64,000 bases of DNA from positions 32,001 through 96,000 of IMG/VR virus record IMGVR_UViG_3300037485_001872. The stretch is one strand, 5' to 3'. Below, in pieces: positions 58,901-64,000 of this stretch. The stretch comes from a virus. A program made the translations under genes and the position numbers. Below the pieces are notes generated by a model. The model had not been told where the DNA came from. It worked only from the letters and a program-made list of their open reading frames with translations, and did no database searches. The first letter of the stretch is position 1, and each line of letters opens with the position of its first letter.

Positions 58901-58910
58901 TGCAAGTCAT
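43986..58910 (-). CDS. Giant polyvalent protein (ADP-ribosyltransferase, zincin, LPD23-like and B12-radical SAM domains); probably virion-packaged
   Basis: 4974 aa; FHGT..F..F..GQG..FGHGIYFT; HEVAH, HELQH, HEVSH; TGW....G.WKY twice; CLFNCAFC. Confidence 0.8.
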   Translation of the reverse strand: MTCIIKRDKKGVISKVYNYLSAQIPSFQATPTAESTSPEVLINYFKDLFKKFTPNEVISTDVNEMNRIIAEHSAYLAQVEAFHGTGRTFDNFDMSKVGEGQGGSVFGHGIYFTSLKNIADNYAKEMADTEIQDISIGKWKIYEKGVVVGYKNAKNETQRRLVDELTIAEIDLKNEFNKNASVKEEIKNIIRDFIKDSQKELEYGNDVEYQQKAIDEAQTLLNETIKTKLTNSGVVYKVALHEGKTPDQYDFLDWYQKLTPTQAAKIAKQGKKEGINTSGLASPQYTAAEIYSELQKQFRGLDGSAKAASEFLLRAGIDGIQYPPDSLGTGVTDNISKERNYVVFDDKAITIKEQLKFNAPSTFGGERITLENFRQYIDALKQGVKLSPSDLIDLRNVVDENFTREQNKLYDRWQNKELTYDQVEPGKGEFAKPLRTEQMAFHKLLNVQDNPYGLEGDINAPTTYHYTTTKNLASILDSNIIVGDEGEYPGVSTTTSDQFDHPELTTTRWYLPDGSPVTFADGGVRIDLDLQKLKENTKIEKGSEEIGTFIGEQELKIGGDAGIENTLVYIKSIQLDATKMEPSVFNKLKAQAEAMGIPVVTKLNFDRKFDTYELKTPVGVVYGMYFDGKIYLNPEKLSNETTLHEVAHLHQALLKEAAKDGNKQAQAILERGNELLTPIAQQWQNALDEKYAEAVGSTITMNIGGVPTEVRPIAAEVVNGFYSPLEKLISESKVEKIPAKQWLDKFGKGSEAEWVGLNAWLKEQNRSVTKAEIQQFLKDNRVQVVEVVKGSLTLKEAEEFNKQKAALQQQIRDRVSPAAEAIQEKVTRIRREMDEWTGSYSQSGYAQLGEDLREAGEEMEATYQQEFGDIYKKLEELDAKISGNELDTEAWVRSERTSPIGNIVEFKNAGWRIEKRGDKDFHVYKPGGMKLDMRLYPETLTEAKDQITEYFKEQKEVKWGAHTEKGARQNYREILVVLPKQAPMTRNEFMVASNNNGILFGSPERVEEEYNKYLEDIGTDISKSKNFSSAHWDEPNVLVHLRMDTRTDINGASTLFLEELQSDWGQKYNAQNITADKAALSPEQLSEIRTRWEDSQKEYAKLINLSEYLNSSATEDRIKVLSETSLATRLEMIQQRHDEKMLDFNNRKDDAHFFNHTSRQAFADTLIKAEIIAYERQLNVNSEAILNFNQNKEDYNALFDNNFNIKSKIPTAPFITSTPQWVKLAFKVALKEAVKQGVDSISWTNGEQQFERWGSEKIQWQKATERNKERNEERQTLVNDLYNKYGNGWEDKLTPEERAQYSSINDKPKYTPLEGWSINIKEQVGGTAFENTDVDNLMLSANNVVVKTKEQLAAVVDKVLSRERNEAQKQKLIDRLWNRMQTEESGVSMPRREGMNAFYGNPVKGTLGTVGEVAKSVFKQTPTTTKFEDDNALLAASYIEEKPNGNFSIWNGIAREWNNKNGKDIEYTKDEATKIVEELNSISPSIYKIDITPELQNEVKQGIPLFQIIGEKGAKGLENATAVLENLSVAQKLEELGKTPKEILLATGWEKGVEGKWKYEIADGTLKISTNGEYTLSQVLNNSELFKAYPQLKDMKVTISIDPRVRNNSWYIPETNSIEINVKEERLIFGDLIHELQHAIQFIEFFAKGGNTEIVLENLNKIFTKEQLNEIENLRVQENVLREMSYIVELLDDITEKKLNKIFKADFLIKEDLVISEELAKQIEEEWDNLPERLRIKMEIAAREDYMDVLYALDEYLNPIRDRISEFSPYNLYQKLAGEVEARNVTYRNIFTPEARRNRLLSKTEDVVREQQLILLEVLGGKHNIPLFQIVGEQGAKNLNVLNSLFNQAKELEIQGASPQQIENKTGWFKEEGQWKYFSNELLQEFNIKKGLDTSPGKEYTLDQVLENTSLFTLYPQLKNINVHFYKKSEADTANGSYSNGLIRISSREQNIGESGVGNNGGEVRNIINNIESGDLNGSKYYALTLIHEVSHAIQEIENFPRGGNSDTIFNEAKKIIGNSSNKLGEVRDAIAIYLKNNSPSVNESNILSAAQYELDYFFNTNKTDAKYLNYSLLFGEVEARLVADILNHKFAGVDLSNISYTELKKEYTDVHNIMTQFVVRNSQTQLSDLATATGMDLNNPVYARAAEESPEQHLERLVDEVRANLIGKYGAKELDNLSNDKGFLQQLKDWLSTIYEWVAKQFGLKDASSEELANMPLGEFISRSTGAILKGEYFQYLAPQEVDVYDHQDANAERLLEVSFKGEGGNVWKYKIENAGDVLRELAKYKNTFLDPSYIFEKINKIEDFLGKITSDRLSPIDSYAQVSSMNQDRLDLFRAAYEAQPVMSIAQEHARQLALAVVNGDVKAMQQEIAYFNTFRGDNVREKLQEANTYFSKETTRPNFKIEGLSSFEKNTSLTPSSTFKDTKGFPTYTEALAAHDGLNQKNIYVNQNPSKDNADKVLTIQVSSQYILDRQREGNVTEQGQIFDDYFDKVYSKVEGYDRSVDFMEVPFWIAAVNNSVGKDMDMYVMRDPEETLNFIQQAGYKKVMLSVLDANLSTAQTLVKDNPSINFMLGGYIPNLSSKFNTTNASTFDTMEDGVLEAGYDFKDGYKYDVFKGMEIIPRLKMSEGCLFNCAFCTVVKKIEKITKENIDEQVENISKLNAKYIYLDDKTFGQADNYTYLEDVYQRVKEQQPGFKGFIIQTTSATVKKIDSNPGFWQKAGIALVEIGVESNNDSVMRGMSKPNSERLNAEAVQIIRKNGMKFIPNLIIGFEKETAATYENTIKFLKDNADVISHANIYNLAVYEGTALDDMMNVTVEADRNENMLEKSFHSNPQLHAEYFKKMYKTVEDMIDANKIAPTPQVASELFSEIAANPHIQSNEDANGIFQNVFSEKFKKFFGDWTTPSTNEDIEKQLENVPVEKLHPTAKALILSTAAKMKSPSLYFKGIDGKTGVNAHPDVEGIFAATTYEMAKEYDRGSGVDFYLVDSPKVETVRVETNVPFSVARQNETTEINAAKADVVFLSTFDAAGKRETQVVIKNPKVKISGKANPLVNKGGEPKLFYRTPEGKVFTNFADALNNTNIGSIEMGFISTDDIMITTNPDVFDIATADLVVMNNQYKLENPDSFLKVAAIDSNSNPKSISGFINKYLRQGLIAPNKKQMPNGEFKLAGKGELAINSIVSAAILSDEALADLGREGMTLSNDGTFTLNQKDESVIEIPTKDGGVKQVSISDLEKGKIDADLDGVHDVLFNLSYQKSTPFKGVPISKQEQDLLKSKLLGLLNKMGISVVSITEYTAKYKVRTGTDLSVNALVDLANGVVALSDNATLQDLTEEVAHIIIEAHPNQQEIRDLLKEIENTPEWETFSGEYYQKYSELYEGEELEEAVRREILGKILLNNILEGFANTAGNPSLFQKLIAIINSFINRIQAHLNVGHRTALQEYMDMATRIALNEDSEFLDRNVLKQSSLVLYSVNNTVVNTLDVTRRRLLGELEVAKQHIQSNQRILQKLKDSGAQTLKSDIRRLNAAIAKIGTNTATLNKAFADDTLTEEVKLEALNNSLNEVDEFHAVQVIASMNEAQITNLSNKLRIYKKTPGAAFNFGDQSQYRYLTTVALPQLDRLIALFKTFPNQPNVNKDKLVAQLEQQTIEIHRIQGEAYLQENKDVEQIVDRTLMGLNLPDSSTESGVVTKENIKASFDAVQRDVNVLQKVFGQLEHAPNIFLNLLGKIVANNNMLANLATLKIINPLIAYAEKNNWNITRFKSLRESSVSNYLISVIRSQDFDNAEKKMIEDAYEANLTDEKKEEIAKAKRYPVETDLTDEGLDKFLKAKNDWYEENLERPMVAKYYQDKENLYTEAGVGNELRVFLANLASRKAEILEKYRVSGSVDYSKIEEEDQYNLSRIVSDRKARKSFFNAETGEEKTGVDLEIANQLRKLDEIVQTKMNNKVAQSLFSKNFSELRPSEVVKVQEAKKKTIKNEFFSAVRDIESTDGSQAAFKFLMANGGLNFSDAYWNAITANTTKMVDRVDAIRLNDSRITPEHSRTMKASMDELEELLNSKKEILRQFTSANSPAEIEYDLMGELTKKNIIEKEDRIQELFLDVNTILSKYEEKIEDPFSYSENTTNEAYTKALADSGKPESEFLLLHMTEENKSRVRRFTSALKNVQRGGENLKAYEDYFDRKYGVNSSDDVRSLLTNRGMEELVADYSRERVTSYFKRFAPMGYDALLINLKDGTYSTTKLLDDLEAAKATAYAPTNILHNLAISTRFEWVEEGEDLRNPDYKTDSEFGFKQPKISKWRNDEYFRRFNPDANGQATTNLEEFTMLQKLKAVTKDAHIKYEEEGRNINKIPQVRRGKYERIQNASWDAIKNSVKDVIYNREDEKDYGEQVEGQDTDIRIIPKYYLRDLDDMEDVSNDFIYSYAVLQNAANTFEQRINSIADVSVIQNKLLNSKFDKGKAPASTNVAEAYREAMDAYFYGRRLSAKSSITLQNGKEVDVSRMAVHFNNLIKKAALGFSPTIAITSALVSNIQLAIYNRVGLYINTNSSRWAGGELSKLLPEYTTEIGKVNKQNKLYKLGETFGVHEIATKTKSAGYNRILRSLNDSPYAFMEMAATPHANIVMLSVLDDFRLVGDKFLTYEEFKLRADNANIDSKALLFKWNTLRKDSLYNLLENREGIMQLSEATENAIGKEYADALLSRVQSKIISTNNTIDSKTSADDKSAASRHFMMQFFTNFKDWFTLGVQKRFKRKHLNLRQGIEEEGHYITFKHFISDLTSLAYKDGLTKAISSIKSNYRSLSKTEQANLKLIALDVAAFTILTMLGMLVMAAADDDKNKHNWAIQYLSFIYFRTTSEVGSSQAPTGFLNVIDIIKSPIMAGNTMSQLFTVKDWTSDPVTSGTWEGYPKVARLLLRNTYYKHYMDLRNADAVREKTSFYRMLNSEVLISVQKPSKLEKEKLKKEALDNNINTIDKTGGI

Positions 58911-58917
58911 ATATTTT

Positions 58918-59244
58918 TTAACATGTTGAACATTCTTCCTGAGTGAAGCCTGTAATTACCACTGTATTTCCCTTAATTAGGGCATTTAAATCTAAATCAA
59001 TAATATTGTGTCCATCAAGACGTTTAACTTCAAACACCTTACTACGGCCTGAATGACCCATCCATTTAGCTATATAATATTGTTCTGCGGATTTTTTTAG
59101 GATGATGAAAACATCCCCCACTCCCCAAAACTCATTAATTTCAATAATTGTTTTATTGTTTTTTTGAAGAGCTGAAGCAGTTATCTTCGCTCTTTTAGCT
59201 CCATTATAAGAAGGAGAACTACTATCAGGCCAAATCCAATCCAT
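58918..59244 (-). CDS. Hypothetical protein
   Basis: 108-aa ORF after minus-strand promoter. Confidence 0.65.
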   Translation of the reverse strand: MDWIWPDSSSPSYNGAKRAKITASALQKNNKTIIEINEFWGVGDVFIILKKSAEQYYIAKWMGHSGRSKVFEVKRLDGHNIIDLDLNALIKGNTVVITGFTQEECSTC

Positions 59245-59255
59245 TATATTTTTTA

Positions 59256-59286
59256 CAAATATACGAAAATTTTATGAAAGTTCCTA
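59256..59286 (-). promoter_or_regulatory. Leftward promoter TAGGAA-N17-TATATTTG
   Basis: Same architecture and spacing as 196-226. Confidence 0.6.
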
Positions 59287-59303
59287 GATAATAAAAGTAA
59301 ATA

Positions 59304-61451
59304 TTATCCGCAGTGGTCTATTGTTTGTTCAATATTTTGACGCTCTGTTTCTGTGTAAAGTGGTGTACTTTTAAAAGAGGAAAATGCAGAGGATTTTAAT
59401 GTGGCATCTTTGGCAGAATAGTCTTCATTAACAGATACATTTTTATCAATAACGTTATATGTAGAATCATTGATACCAACTAATGGGGTGTAATGTGCTA
59501 TATTAGCTGTAGTTTCTATCTTCTCATAAACCCTACCATCAAGTCTTACAAAATCATCTTGTATATTCTCTATATTAATAATAGGGCTACCTATGGTTCC
59601 AGAAAATTTTCCTTTATATTCTCTCACTAGTTTTGGGTTATTTACATAGAATGAACGTAAAAATGGTGTTGTTGGACTCGCTGCTATTTCCTTTGGCTCA
59701 AAGATGTTTTCCAGATTTTTATTTATTATACTATAATTTTTTAAATCATTTAAATCAGAAACGGTTTTTATTTCTGCTATTGTAATGGGGTCATTATTTT
59801 TTAATACAATCTCACCATTTTCAATTTCAAATGCTTTACTTAAAATATCATTCCCCACCATTCTTTGGTAGAAGTCTGAAATAAATTCTCCTGTTAAATA
59901 TGTTACATCCCCAGTAAATTCTGAATAGTTATTAAATTCTTGCTTAACATCCACTTTATTTTGGGTGCTACTAAGTGGGTGGCCAAATAAAAGTTTATAT
60001 ATCACCATCTCAGGGGTGATGTTATTTAAAGAGGCTTTTTCATTTAAATACCTCTTAACATCTTCTCCTGCATTTTTTGCCTTATTTGGTCTAAATGTAT
60101 TTGTACCGTCATAAGCTGTTGGGTAGTATGCTACATCTGGTAGGATTGATGGGTCTTCTTCCACCATCACCATTAATTCATTAAATAACTCTTCTTGAGG
60201 TATTCTATCAATGAGTTGATACACATCATCTTTCACCTGTAGAAGGGAAGATATTTCAAATGTTTCTATGGCCGACTCTGTAGTTTTATTTACCACTAAA
60301 GATAGGTCTGATGTTTCTATCACCTTTGTCTTTTCTACAGGAGAAATAGAGAAGTACTCGTCATATATTTGACTAAAATTGTCAACATCTTCACTTGTAG
60401 GGGCTACACTTAAATTGGTTGTAAATTCAACTAGGGCATTTAAAAACTCTAAGGTTTGTGGTTGTGTTTTAGACTCCTGTACTTCTACTAAGTCAGAAAG
60501 GTTTATTCCCATTAGAAGAGACTCTTTGGAAATGTCTTCTAATATGGTGGCCACTTCCTTTGGATATGCATCCCACACTTCTGGTGATATTCTTAATAAG
60601 GTGTTAAAGTGTTTAATAATCATAGCATTACTCATGCCTGTCTTTAAAACACTCTCCAATAGATTACGGGTACTATCCACCACTTGTTTTTCATTTATTA
60701 AATAAGGAACCTTTTGTAGCTTTGAGTATTTCTCATATAATGATTTTGCATATGTAGCATCGGAATTATACTTATCTATTATAGATTGAAATGGGAGTGT
60801 TTGCACTACATCGCTGAATTGTTCTTCAGTTACACCTATTAAATAATTTTCTAGTTCCTTTTCTACTAAATAAGGATTTAAATGAGTTGTCTTACCAATG
60901 GGTGAAACTGAGTCTGTAGTGCTTAATACTTCTAATGAAGGTGAAAATTGGATATTAGGTGTCCTATCTAATTTTTTAATGACATTATAAATCTGTTCCC
61001 GTAAAGTTGGTGTAGTGATAATAACATCAATTTCACTATTGGTGTAAAGTTTAGATGCTATTAAGCTTTGTTTAGTGGGTTTAAAAACACCATTTGAAAT
61101 AAAAGCTGTTTTAAGTAGTGTGGAAAGCTGTGATAGGGATGTGATGGGAAGTCCTAAAACACTATTCTGTACCTCCACTATTTCTTTACTAGAAAGTCCT
61201 TGTTTTGCTGAGGAATTTTGTACATAATCTAACACTGTTTGGGCGTAATATTCCCCATTAGCATCTTTTTGTACATTATTATGAATAGTGGTAAATTCTG
61301 GGGTGTAGGAAATAGCAAAGTATTCGAGTGCTTTTTCTTCCTCACCCAATATGCTGAGTAAGTTTTTATATAATAAGGAATCTTCTCCATTTGGGGCATC
61401 TACGGATGTTATTTTTCCATCCACTCGCATTATCTGACAACTTATTGACAT
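59304..61451 (-). CDS. Large putative virion/cargo protein
   Basis: 715 aa; N-terminal C.I.R..G.I..V.APNG..S.LY..YTPEF..D.NGE motif shared in part with the 4974-aa protein. Confidence 0.7.
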   Translation of the reverse strand: MSISCQIMRVDGKITSVDAPNGEDSLLYKNLLSILGEEEKALEYFAISYTPEFTTIHNNVQKDANGEYYAQTVLDYVQNSSAKQGLSSKEIVEVQNSVLGLPITSLSQLSTLLKTAFISNGVFKPTKQSLIASKLYTNSEIDVIITTPTLREQIYNVIKKLDRTPNIQFSPSLEVLSTTDSVSPIGKTTHLNPYLVEKELENYLIGVTEEQFSDVVQTLPFQSIIDKYNSDATYAKSLYEKYSKLQKVPYLINEKQVVDSTRNLLESVLKTGMSNAMIIKHFNTLLRISPEVWDAYPKEVATILEDISKESLLMGINLSDLVEVQESKTQPQTLEFLNALVEFTTNLSVAPTSEDVDNFSQIYDEYFSISPVEKTKVIETSDLSLVVNKTTESAIETFEISSLLQVKDDVYQLIDRIPQEELFNELMVMVEEDPSILPDVAYYPTAYDGTNTFRPNKAKNAGEDVKRYLNEKASLNNITPEMVIYKLLFGHPLSSTQNKVDVKQEFNNYSEFTGDVTYLTGEFISDFYQRMVGNDILSKAFEIENGEIVLKNNDPITIAEIKTVSDLNDLKNYSIINKNLENIFEPKEIAASPTTPFLRSFYVNNPKLVREYKGKFSGTIGSPIINIENIQDDFVRLDGRVYEKIETTANIAHYTPLVGINDSTYNVIDKNVSVNEDYSAKDATLKSSAFSSFKSTPLYTETERQNIEQTIDHCG

Positions 61452-61455
61452 ATTG

Positions 61456-64000
61456 TTATTTCTTTTTACGTGTTTTACATTTTTTACTCAACTCTTCATT
61501 TGCGGCCTTAGTATTCTCTTGTGTTGGAGTTGACACTACATCGGGAGCTACATCTACAATTGATGGTTTCATTTTTCCAATGTAGTCCATTGAAAGTCCT
61601 CCAAAAATAGGAATTGTTTTGTCTATGTTCATGAATTTATCTAGAACGTCTTTAGAGTTCACAAATCCTCCTATGGTGTTTTCTCCTTCTGAGCTTCTAA
61701 TTATTATAGTGGCATTTAGTTTTGCTGTTTTCTTGATTTGCTCGAAAATAGCTTCTTTTTGTTCCACTGTAACTCCCGCTTCTAAACTAACTATTATAGT
61801 GTCGTGAGATGAATAATCATAATCTTCCCCTCTGGCTGTCACTAAATTAACTTTAGAACCCACTGCATCTAGAACTTTTTGTCCTAAAGCATTAGCTTCC
61901 TGTGAAATATCTACACCAGTTACTTTATGTTGTTTTTTCTCAATTAGTATTGGAGAAAGTGGAATGGCTCCTGAACCTATAAATACAACATTACCTTTCA
62001 TAAAACGGGTTTCTTTTTGTAAAGTTTCTACATAGTCAGCATAATATTCAAAATCTTCTAGTGTTTTAGTTCCCGCAATTATTTCATTTGCAAAAGCTAC
62101 TTCTCTATCATAGTCTTCTTGGTTTAGGTTTTGTAATAATTGGGGTGTTTCTTTGAGGGATTGTTCTACTGCCTTAACTTTCTTAAAAGCCAATATCTTT
62201 TTGCGACCTAATTCAACGTGTGATGCCATTCTATGTTGTCCATCATGGAAAAATCCGCTATAAATTACAGGTGGCAATTCTTCCCCTCTTTTTAATAGTT
62301 TCACCATATCATTGACTCTATCCATGTGTTCTAAATCACCATCGTAATCATCAACTAATTTATCTTTGTCGATTTTAGTATTGACAGAAACATAAGTTAA
62401 TTCATATTGACCACTAAATTTATTAGAGCTGTTATCAGCATAAGCCCCCATTCTGTCGTATATTTTAGTCAAATCTTCCGCAGAAACAACTTCACCTAAT
62501 TTAATGCCACCCCATTCGCTTCTAATATCTTCCTTCACATCTCCTACACCAACACCAACACTACCTGCTTGGGGTGTTTCTTTGAGGGATTGTTCTAAAA
62601 TTACATCAACTTGTTCACCTCCGACTACAAGTGTAGCTACTTTTTTACCATAAAAAGGAGATGACTTATCTGTTCCTTCACGAATTTCAGTAACTCTTAC
62701 TGGAATATTTTCCTTTCCTTGTGATTCTTTTATTGCTTGTATTAACTCTAATGCACTTTCATTTTCTTCGGATTTTAAATCTATGCCTAAATTTTCTACT
62801 GCTTCTTCAAACGTGTTAAAACCCTTATCATTTTGTTCTCTACTCTCTCCTTGTTTATTTGTAGTTTGTGTTTTAAATTTAGTTGTTTTTACACCATTTT
62901 TTTCTGTTGTAGTTACAACCACCTTAACCATTTTACCCGAGCCATCATTTACAGTTTTATATGGTTTTTCCAATTTACTTCCCACATCTCCCCCTACACC
63001 AACACTACCTACTTCTTCTTCGGTTTTACCTTGTTCTTTGGGTAACAGTAAATCTTCTACAGTTTTTACTAATTCAGGATTAGTGTCGTCTAATTTTGCT
63101 TTGTGGTATGCTTCCGAAACATCTCTTGCAGATTTATATTCATCTCCAAATTTATCTTGAAAATCATCAAACCAAGCAATATCTAAATTACCTAATGCAG
63201 TCCCTGTACTTTCAATATCTTTTAATGTATTATTAGATACCTCATTTGTAGTAGCATCTTCTCCCCCTACACCTACACTCCCTGCTTTTGGTAAAGCTGT
63301 TGCTTGACTTTTTGGGGCTTCAAGTAAAGGTGTAGCTTGACTTTTTAGTTGAGAAAGTATAGATAATTCGTTGCTGTACTTAGTAATTTCATCAAATGCT
63401 CTTTTGGGTTGTTCAAGTAATAATGTAAGTGTATCTCCTAAGTTATTTGTACCTCTTAACCAACCTATATAAGTACCTTTATCTAAATTTTCAGTAAATT
63501 TGGGAATACCTACCACCTCTGCAAAATAATCTAATATAATTTGAGTTGCTGTAGTTCTTGTATTAACTTGGGAATCAGGTAGTGAATTTCTTCTTATATC
63601 TACATCGGATACTTTTACTTCTTGGGTAGGGACTACTGGTTGAGCTTCTTCATCCACTCCTTCAAATAGTTCCACCTCCTCATTCGGCTCCCCAAAATCT
63701 AGTACAACCTTTGGTGAATGAAAAACATCCCCACGTAAATCTAAATGTATACTTGCATTTTCAATTAAAGTTTGTTCCATATCTGTTTCTGGTAAAAGCC
63801 AGTCCGACAAAGATACGAATTTATTTACATTAGACAATAAAGATTTTATTTTATCAATCTTTGCTTTATTAAGGTTTCCTGAAGTGATTTGTAGGGGCTG
63901 AACATCAATACCATTTCTCATTAATAAGAGATTTAGATTAGATGCTTTTTCAGCCTCTTCCACTTGTGTATTCATAATAGCATCCACTTCTCCTGAAACA
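61456..64000 (-). CDS. C-terminal part of a large modular protein with ParB/Srx-like and nicotianamine-synthase-like domains
   Basis: Frame open to window edge; LPPVI..DGQHR; FEYYADY..FIGSGAIPLS..VD..K.AIF..IIIRSSEG. Confidence 0.75.
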   Translation of the reverse strand, partial: VSGEVDAIMNTQVEEAEKASNLNLLLMRNGIDVQPLQITSGNLNKAKIDKIKSLLSNVNKFVSLSDWLLPETDMEQTLIENASIHLDLRGDVFHSPKVVLDFGEPNEEVELFEGVDEEAQPVVPTQEVKVSDVDIRRNSLPDSQVNTRTTATQIILDYFAEVVGIPKFTENLDKGTYIGWLRGTNNLGDTLTLLLEQPKRAFDEITKYSNELSILSQLKSQATPLLEAPKSQATALPKAGSVGVGGEDATTNEVSNNTLKDIESTGTALGNLDIAWFDDFQDKFGDEYKSARDVSEAYHKAKLDDTNPELVKTVEDLLLPKEQGKTEEEVGSVGVGGDVGSKLEKPYKTVNDGSGKMVKVVVTTTEKNGVKTTKFKTQTTNKQGESREQNDKGFNTFEEAVENLGIDLKSEENESALELIQAIKESQGKENIPVRVTEIREGTDKSSPFYGKKVATLVVGGEQVDVILEQSLKETPQAGSVGVGVGDVKEDIRSEWGGIKLGEVVSAEDLTKIYDRMGAYADNSSNKFSGQYELTYVSVNTKIDKDKLVDDYDGDLEHMDRVNDMVKLLKRGEELPPVIYSGFFHDGQHRMASHVELGRKKILAFKKVKAVEQSLKETPQLLQNLNQEDYDREVAFANEIIAGTKTLEDFEYYADYVETLQKETRFMKGNVVFIGSGAIPLSPILIEKKQHKVTGVDISQEANALGQKVLDAVGSKVNLVTARGEDYDYSSHDTIIVSLEAGVTVEQKEAIFEQIKKTAKLNATIIIRSSEGENTIGGFVNSKDVLDKFMNIDKTIPIFGGLSMDYIGKMKPSIVDVAPDVVSTPTQENTKAANEELSKKCKTRKKK
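62140..62597. repeat. 29-bp perfect direct repeat pair
   Basis: TTGGGGTGTTTCTTTGAGGGATTGTTCTA at 62140-62168 and 62569-62597; offset 429 bp = 143 codons. Confidence 0.9.

Noticed and set aside
1-64000. Stop-codon reassignment as in some crAss-like phages
   Set aside because: Standard code gives dense uninterrupted ORFs including 4974 aa, and TAG/TGA end genes at sensible boundaries

Overview
AT-rich, gene-dense segment of a large lytic dsDNA phage. The host is almost certainly a Bacteroidota, since TAnnTTTG -7 promoters occur throughout; the organisation is podovirus/crAss-like (inference). Layout: a divergent non-coding boundary at ~200-860; about 17 kb of small rightward early genes, each block with its own promoter; a rightward replication/nucleotide block (Prim-Pol, DEDDh and PD-(D/E)XK nucleases, AAA ATPase, ECF sigma, dUTPase, class II RNR, family A DNA polymerase, GroEL, DnaB-like helicase, HD hydrolase) ending at a bidirectional terminator (~43.3 kb); and a leftward block of very large, probably virion-packaged polyvalent proteins (4974 aa, 715 aa, >843 aa). 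Main observations: (1) an 11-bp-period TGACA direct repeat resembling a Pho box lies helically phased upstream of about 25 promoters and flips orientation at four later ones; (2) the giant proteins carry a cobalamin-type radical SAM module and a nicotianamine-synthase-like module, and are built by nested insertion and by in-frame cassettes bounded by short DNA repeats; (3) a tRNA-shaped RNA with a structured 59-nt insert in place of the anticodon loop, inside a ~700-nt non-coding island; (4) an attC-like gene cassette. All family calls are by motif recognition only; no database search was run.
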